A DNA stretch of 41,545 nucleotides, taken from the NCBI GenBank assembly GCA_041167105.1, contig JBEEGX010000011.1, positions 1 through 41,545 of the forward strand, given 5' to 3'. The first letter of the stretch is position 1, and each line of letters begins with the position of its first letter. Shown in pieces: positions 36,958 to 41,545 of this stretch. The notes beneath the pieces are model-generated. The model searched no databases, was not told the DNA's origin, and saw nothing but the letters and a program-made list of their open reading frames with translations. A program made the translations under genes and the position numbers. The stretch comes from Verrucomicrobiota bacterium (GTDB lineage: Bacteria > Verrucomicrobiota > Verrucomicrobiia > Chthoniobacterales > UBA10450).

Positions 36958-38487
36958 CTACCCTTCGGCTTCGGCGGCGAGCTCGGGCGCGCTGCGCACA
37001 CGCTTCGGCACCAAACGCAACGCGGTGCCGCTCGCTTGCTGTTCGTCACCGGCGGCGCCGGCTTCGTGATACTCGGCGTCCTGATTCACTTCCCAAAGAT
37101 CGTAAAGCTTGCTGTCGGCCAAAATATTTTCGACGCACAACATCGCCGTCATCATTGCGTGATCCTGGTTGTTGTATTTATGCATGCCGTTGCGGCCGAC
37201 GAGATGCAAATTCGGGTAGCGCGTCTCGAGCTCCCGCCGAACCGTCTCGACGTGCTTGGCGTAATCATCATCGTAAACCGGATACGCTTTCTTTTGCCTA
37301 ACGACGGTGCCGTCGAGCACATCGCCTTCTTTGGCGAGGCCGATCTCAATCAGTTCGCGCGTCGCGAGCTTGATCAGCTCTTCATCTTTCGAATCCCAAA
37401 CGCCATCGTGTTCGAAACAAAAATATTCGAGTCCGTAACAAGCTTTGTCCGGGTCGGGCACCATCTCGGGCGACCACGAACGGAAATTTTGGACACGACC
37501 GACTTTGACTCTCGGGTCATGGATGTAGATCCAGTTATCGTCGAATGCGTCGCGGTTCTTCACGATCAACATCACGGTGATGAAATCGCGGTACTTGAGC
37601 GACTCGGCGGCGCGTTTGGCTTCGTCGGAAACTTCCGGCCGAATCCCGCGGACGAGCTCGCGCATGGGCGCGGATGAAATGACGTGCTCGGCTTGAAGCG
37701 TCTGGACATTACCTTGTCGATCTTGCAATGACACGGTCCAGCTTTCGTTAGGCGCATCGTAATTAAGGCCGACGACTTTGTGGCCCATTTCGATATTGCC
37801 GCCCATGGCTTTGGTTTTTTCCGCGCAAACTTCCCACATCATGCCCGGACCTTTGCGCGGATAACGGAAGGAATTGATCAGTGTCTTGATCACTTTGCTG
37901 CGGTCGCCGTTGTAACGCTGCGGGATGAGCGCGTTCTTGATCGCGCTGCCTAACGACAGCCCTTTGATGCGCTGCGCCGCCCAATCGGCCGAGATTTCCT
38001 TGCAGCTCATGCCCCAGACTTTTTCGGTGTAAGTCTTGAAGAAGGTGTTGAAGAGACGTTTGCCGAATTGATTGCTCACCCAATCCTCGAAATTTCGCGG
38101 ATCGCGCACCGGGAATGCTTTCGCCTTCAGATACGACAGCACGCACAATGTCGATCTTACAACGCCGAGCTTGAACAGCGCTTCGAAGGCGCGCAGTGGA
38201 TAGGCGAAAAATTTACCGTTGTAATAAATGCGCGACGAACGCGGCCGCAGCAGCATGTCGTCAGGCAATATCTCCGTCCAAAAATCTTCGACTGCTTTCG
38301 ATTTAGAAAAGAACCGGTGACCGCCGATGTCGAAGTGAAAACCCTTGTAGGTGGCGGTGCGCGAAATTCCGCCGACGTAAACCGGATCGGCCTCGAGCAC
38401 GGTGACGTCGACACCATTCTTCGCGAGCAGATAGGCGGCGGTGAGACCCGCCGGACCGGCTCCGATAATAGCTACCTTCGTTTTCAT
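36958..38487 (-). CDS. NAD(P)/FAD-dependent oxidoreductase (amine-oxidase / UDP-galactopyranose-mutase-like fold)
   Basis: 509 aa. N-terminal dinucleotide-binding motif KVAIIGAGPAGLTAAYLLAKNGVDVTVLEADPVYVGGISRT; C-terminal LHLVGRNGMHKYNNQDHAM. Substrate unknown. Confidence 0.75.
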   Translation of the reverse strand: MKTKVAIIGAGPAGLTAAYLLAKNGVDVTVLEADPVYVGGISRTATYKGFHFDIGGHRFFSKSKAVEDFWTEILPDDMLLRPRSSRIYYNGKFFAYPLRAFEALFKLGVVRSTLCVLSYLKAKAFPVRDPRNFEDWVSNQFGKRLFNTFFKTYTEKVWGMSCKEISADWAAQRIKGLSLGSAIKNALIPQRYNGDRSKVIKTLINSFRYPRKGPGMMWEVCAEKTKAMGGNIEMGHKVVGLNYDAPNESWTVSLQDRQGNVQTLQAEHVISSAPMRELVRGIRPEVSDEAKRAAESLKYRDFITVMLIVKNRDAFDDNWIYIHDPRVKVGRVQNFRSWSPEMVPDPDKACYGLEYFCFEHDGVWDSKDEELIKLATRELIEIGLAKEGDVLDGTVVRQKKAYPVYDDDYAKHVETVRRELETRYPNLHLVGRNGMHKYNNQDHAMMTAMLCVENILADSKLYDLWEVNQDAEYHEAGAAGDEQQASGTALRLVPKRVRSAPELAAEAEG

Positions 38488-38491
38488 GTTA

Positions 38492-39790
38492 TTAAGCGAC
38501 CCAGTTTGCCCGGGTAAAATTCCACACGTACCAACCCTGTACGATTAACCCCGCGGCGCACGCCAGCACCACAGTCGCCGTCGCCAATGCGCGCACTGGC
38601 AGCGGAGGGAGGCGAAGTTGACGCAGAAAGTGCAGGAACGCCAGCACGATTAAAGTATGAGAACAAAACTGATAGCGCAGCATGCTCTCCATCTCGACGC
38701 AGGCCACGCCGCTGATGGAGATGTAATATATAATAGCTCCGGCAGCGTAGAGACCGATGCGTTGGCGCCAATTCGTCTCGCTCCGCAATGCCGCGACGAT
38801 TTCGACAATCGCGATGATGATGAACGCGACCATCGTCAGCGAAGTCGCAAGCTGACTGGCTTCGACCGGATTATTCAGCGCGGGTACGAGCCAGCGATAA
38901 CTTGAAGGACGAAAGATCGCCAGGTAATCGGGCACGATTCCCCAACCGGCCGATTGCGTGAGCATGTACATGTCCCAATGCCCCCAGCGTATGAGGCAAT
39001 AAGTGAAGAACGCGCCGGCGCCGAATGTCGCTAAGATCGACATCGTCATTACCGACAAATGCTGACGCAGCGGAAACAATCGCTTTTGCAAAATCGATTG
39101 CATGACTGGAATGCCCGCGCACGGAATACCGACGATGCGCGTGCCGGACATAATGATGCCGTGCAGAACAGCGAACACTTTCGCGTAGCGCGATTCCGAC
39201 GTGCTCCAATAAAGAAAGCCGAGCAGCCCCATCAGGAACATCGATTCGGAATAACCCGCGATAAGAAAGAACGCGGCCGGATGGGACAAGATCGACAATG
39301 CGCCTAACGAGCGCAGTGTCGGCGAAAGGTTCCAGCGTTCGCAAAAGAGAAAGAAATAACTCCAGAAACCGAACGCGGCGATTTGCGCGGTAATGAGCAA
39401 CCCGCTGTCGGTTTCAATTCGAAAAACTTTATGGAGCAGCGCCGCGGTCGCGGGATAAGCGGGGAAGAATGCGACGTTGGAAACTTCCATCACCTTGTGA
39501 TTGATCGGCGGAACGATGGTTTCGTAGCCGCGATCGATGATGTTCATGAACCAGTAGCTGTCGTGCTGGTTCAAGGTGGAATAGCGCCAGGAGAGCGGAC
39601 CTTCCGGCGCGAGGAGCAGCACGGCGATGACGATTTGCGCGATGGTGACGACGAACGCCCAGCTCAACGGAGTGATTGTCGATCTTGCCGCGGTCATTCC
39701 AGGCGAAGGCAGAGCCGCCGAGGAGATACGAAAGCTTTCGCCGAAGCAAGAACTTGTCGGTTGATCGAGTGTCGCCGTGTTCGCTTGCAT
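38492..39790 (-). CDS. Polytopic membrane protein, GT-C/PIG-V-like mannosyltransferase candidate
   Basis: 432 aa with about 9-11 hydrophobic segments. The N-terminal loop DSYWFMNIIDRGYE...FFPAYPA resembles the DUF/PIG-V-type GT-C family. Assignment is tentative. Confidence 0.5.
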   Translation of the reverse strand: MQANTATLDQPTSSCFGESFRISSAALPSPGMTAARSTITPLSWAFVVTIAQIVIAVLLLAPEGPLSWRYSTLNQHDSYWFMNIIDRGYETIVPPINHKVMEVSNVAFFPAYPATAALLHKVFRIETDSGLLITAQIAAFGFWSYFFLFCERWNLSPTLRSLGALSILSHPAAFFLIAGYSESMFLMGLLGFLYWSTSESRYAKVFAVLHGIIMSGTRIVGIPCAGIPVMQSILQKRLFPLRQHLSVMTMSILATFGAGAFFTYCLIRWGHWDMYMLTQSAGWGIVPDYLAIFRPSSYRWLVPALNNPVEASQLATSLTMVAFIIIAIVEIVAALRSETNWRQRIGLYAAGAIIYYISISGVACVEMESMLRYQFCSHTLIVLAFLHFLRQLRLPPLPVRALATATVVLACAAGLIVQGWYVWNFTRANWVA

Positions 39791-39841
39791 GTTTCGCTGG
39801 CTGTAGTGCGAGACTTGGACGGGAATGCGAAACCTTTATTC

Positions 39842-39902
39842 GGTAGCGCCGGCGCGCTGCGCCGGCACGAGTTTGGAGACGCCGCAGCGCGGCGTCGCTA
39901 CC
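39842..39902 (-). other. Compound GC-rich stem-loop element downstream of glgA
   Basis: The outer stem GGTAGC (39842-39847) / GCTACC (39897-39902) encloses two perfect 8-bp hairpins. These are GCCGGCGC-GCT-GCGCCGGC (39848-39866) and GACGCCGC-AGC-GCGGCGTC (39878-39896). No clear U-tract. Confidence 0.5.
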
Positions 39903-39918
39903 AGTAAAAGATCGACAA

Positions 39919-41367
39919 TCAGGCCGCGGCTTCTTCGGCCGGCGCGAGCGCGCGATACGCTTGCTCGTAACGCGCGGCCGATGCGTCCCAGGAAAAATTT
40001 CGCGCCATGGCGCGTTCACAGAGTGTGTGCCAGAGCGTGCGATCGTTAAAGACTTCGCGCGCGCGTTTGATCGCGTCCCAGAACGCTTCGGTCGAGTAAT
40101 CGAAAAACAAAAACCCGTAGCCGCGATCAAGTGTCGGGTCGTAGTCCTCGATGATTTCTTGAATGCCCCCCGCGGCGCGCGCGACCGGGAGCGCGGCATA
40201 CTTGAGCGAATACATCGCCATCAAACCTGACGGCTCGAAGCGCGACGGGATGAGGCTGATGTCGATGGCGGCTTCGATGAGATGCGCCAGTTGTTCGTCG
40301 TAATGGCGTTGATAAGAAAACTTCGTTGGGAATTTTTTCGCGGCGACCGTGAGCGCGGTTTCAAAGGCCGGATCGCCCTCGCCTATTATAATAAGGCGCA
40401 CGTCGTCGCTGAGGAGGCGGTCGAGCAGCGGCACGAGAATGTCGAAGCCTTTTTCTTTCACGACGCGCGTGACCATGCCGAAGACCGGGCCGTGCGGCGC
40501 GGGCGCGAGCTGGAGATGGTTGAGGAGCGCGTCGCGGCAAAGTTGTTTACCCCAGAGCGAGTCGGCGTCGTAGAGCGCGGGCAGGTACTGATCAGTCGTG
40601 GGATTCCACCGGGTATAATCGGCGCCATGCAAGATCGACATAAACTTGTGCGCGTTCTCGCGCAGGACGCCGTCGAGACCAGCGCCGCCTTCCGGGGTCA
40701 TGATCTCATGTTTGTAGTGCTCGCTCACGGTAGTGAGTTTGTCGGCGAAGAGGATTCCGCCTTTGAGGAAATTGAGCCGCCCGAAAAATTCGATGCCGTG
40801 GAGCGAGAAGAAGCGTTGATGCAGATTCGTTAGGTCGAAATCGAGTCCCCAGAAACTTCCCTGCTCTTCGACGTGGTGAATCGTGAGCACGGTCGAGAAG
40901 GGCAGATGATATGCCCTAACGAACGCCGGCACGAGCGCCGCCGCCCAATCGTGGCAATGCAAAATCTGCACGGAGGGCGTGAGCCGGCGCGCGAGCTCGA
41001 GCGCGGCCTTCGTGAAAAAAATGAAGCGCGCCGCGTTGTCTTCGTACGCTTCGCCGTGCTCGCCGTAGATTCCTTGTCGATCAAAGAACTCGTCGCAGCG
41101 AATCAGGAATAACTGCACGCCGGTCGCGGTGCGACTTTCGAGATACTCGGCCACATAAGTTTTCTCGCCGACGCGCACATCGACCGTGATACCGGTGTCT
41201 TCCTCTTTGAATTCCGTATTCTCGCGAATCTCGCGATAGAACGGCAGCGCGATGCTGACTTCATGGCCGCGGTCGCGCAACTGCTGCGGCAACGCGTTCA
41301 TCACATCGATGAGCGCGCCGGCGCGTTGCAACGGCGGCCCTTCGGCGCTGATCATTAAGATGCGCAT
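39919..41367 (-). CDS. glgA: Glycogen synthase (ADP-glucose type, GT5)
   Basis: N-terminus MRILMISAEGPPLQRAGALIDVMNALPQQLRDRGHEV, matching the KxGGL-region position. C-terminal segment SLIPSRFEPSGLMAMYSLKYAALPVARAAGGIQEII is typical of GlgA. The ORF track extends to TTG 41403; the ATG at 41367 aligns better with GlgA N-termini. Confidence 0.9.
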   Translation of the reverse strand: MRILMISAEGPPLQRAGALIDVMNALPQQLRDRGHEVSIALPFYREIRENTEFKEEDTGITVDVRVGEKTYVAEYLESRTATGVQLFLIRCDEFFDRQGIYGEHGEAYEDNAARFIFFTKAALELARRLTPSVQILHCHDWAAALVPAFVRAYHLPFSTVLTIHHVEEQGSFWGLDFDLTNLHQRFFSLHGIEFFGRLNFLKGGILFADKLTTVSEHYKHEIMTPEGGAGLDGVLRENAHKFMSILHGADYTRWNPTTDQYLPALYDADSLWGKQLCRDALLNHLQLAPAPHGPVFGMVTRVVKEKGFDILVPLLDRLLSDDVRLIIIGEGDPAFETALTVAAKKFPTKFSYQRHYDEQLAHLIEAAIDISLIPSRFEPSGLMAMYSLKYAALPVARAAGGIQEIIEDYDPTLDRGYGFLFFDYSTEAFWDAIKRAREVFNDRTLWHTLCERAMARNFSWDASAARYEQAYRALAPAEEAAA

Positions 41368-41400
41368 GTCAGCAAGCAAAGACGGAAAGTTCTTTGCCTT

Positions 41401-41424
41401 CAACTCGGAACCAATACCGAGTTG
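41401..41424. other. Hairpin CAACTCGG-AACCAATA-CCGAGTTG upstream of glgA
   Basis: Perfect 8-bp inverted repeat with an 8-nt loop. It overlaps the alternative TTG start at 41403, which argues for the 41367 start. Function unknown (leader structure, or terminator of an upstream gene). Confidence 0.35.
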
Positions 41425-41545
41425 TTCGACACGTCCGATTAAACGTCGAAACCCGAATGGATTTTAACGAAAACGAGTCATCTATGGAATGTCGTCCATC
41501 GTTCGTGTTTAGGTTGCTCCTTTGTCGCAGCCTAGTCGCCTTTGG

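Larger units (their letters stand above)
131..40640. repeat. Dispersed 10-mer family AAGATCGACA/TGTCGATCTT (70 exact copies; extended consensus GCAAGATCGACAW)
   Basis: Direct reading of both strands; all coordinates are listed in the first finding. Confidence 0.95.
1159..40922. repeat. Dispersed 8/9-mer family (G)CCTAACGA/TCGTTAGG(C) (32 exact 8-mer copies)
   Basis: Direct reading of both strands; coordinates are listed in the corresponding finding. Confidence 0.9.

Noticed and set aside
36173-38487. Phosphoribosyltransferase plus FAD-oxidoreductase pair as a candidate defence or nucleotide-modifying system.
   Set aside because: The two genes are separated by a terminator-like hairpin. Both belong to very broad housekeeping families. 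No nuclease, sensor or effector domains are nearby.
131-40640. Could the regularly recurring 10-mer be a CRISPR array, MITE/REP family or IS remnant?
   Set aside because: The repeats are only 10-14 nt, irregularly spaced (15 nt to 2.3 kb), in both orientations and mostly inside intact coding frames. There are no spacers of uniform length, no cas genes, no terminal inverted repeats with target duplications and no transposase.
131-40640. GATC-rich word as an origin-of-replication or Dam/SeqA cluster, or as Chi/KOPS.
   Set aside because: There are no DnaA-box clusters or AT-rich unwinding element. Copies are spread evenly over 41 kb rather than clustered. There is no strand skew (38 vs 32), which polarity signals would show within a single replichore.
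1-41545. Many track ORFs begin with MSIL...; is this a hidden family of small proteins?
   Set aside because: This is an artefact. When the motif TGTCGATCTT is preceded by A it reads ATG-TCG-ATC-TT(G), creating spurious Met-Ser-Ile-Leu starts in whichever frame it falls.
41440-41545. Lower-GC tail of the window as a possible small RNA or tRNA gene.
   Set aside because: I could not fold a cloverleaf or recognise any conserved RNA motif by eye. It is probably the upstream region of glgA or the end of another gene outside the window.

Overview
GC-rich bacterial chromosomal segment; I cannot assign a taxon from sequence alone. Positions 1-28695 form one long minus-strand polysaccharide (EPS/O-antigen-like) locus. 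It encodes about 11 glycosyltransferases, 2 SAM methyltransferases, a hexapeptide acetyltransferase and GT-C-like membrane proteins. It also carries two Wzy/O-antigen-ligase-like proteins, a Wzx-like flippase, a Wzc-type tyrosine autokinase, a Wza-like exporter and an outer-membrane barrel. One initiating polyprenyl glycosylphosphotransferase is transcribed divergently. Many of these genes are linked by NTGA start/stop overlaps. Downstream lie a secreted discoidin-like protein, a hybrid PAS histidine kinase/receiver, ilvA-type threonine dehydratase and gcvP. These are followed by a phosphoribosyltransferase, an FAD oxidoreductase, a polytopic membrane protein and glgA. No rRNA, tRNA, CRISPR array, transposase or prophage gene was recognised. 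The most unusual signal is at DNA level rather than gene level. The 10-mer AAGATCGACA/TGTCGATCTT occurs 70 times exactly (about one per 600 bp). It appears in both orientations, in nearly every gene including housekeeping genes, in five different reading frames, and as tandem or inverted pairs. A second oligomer, (G)CCTAACGA/TCGTTAGG(C), occurs 32 times and forces rare TTA/CTA/AGG codons into conserved proteins. Both behave like genome-wide sequence signatures selected at DNA level, comparable to DNA-uptake sequences or cyanobacterial HIP1. Their function cannot be determined from this window.
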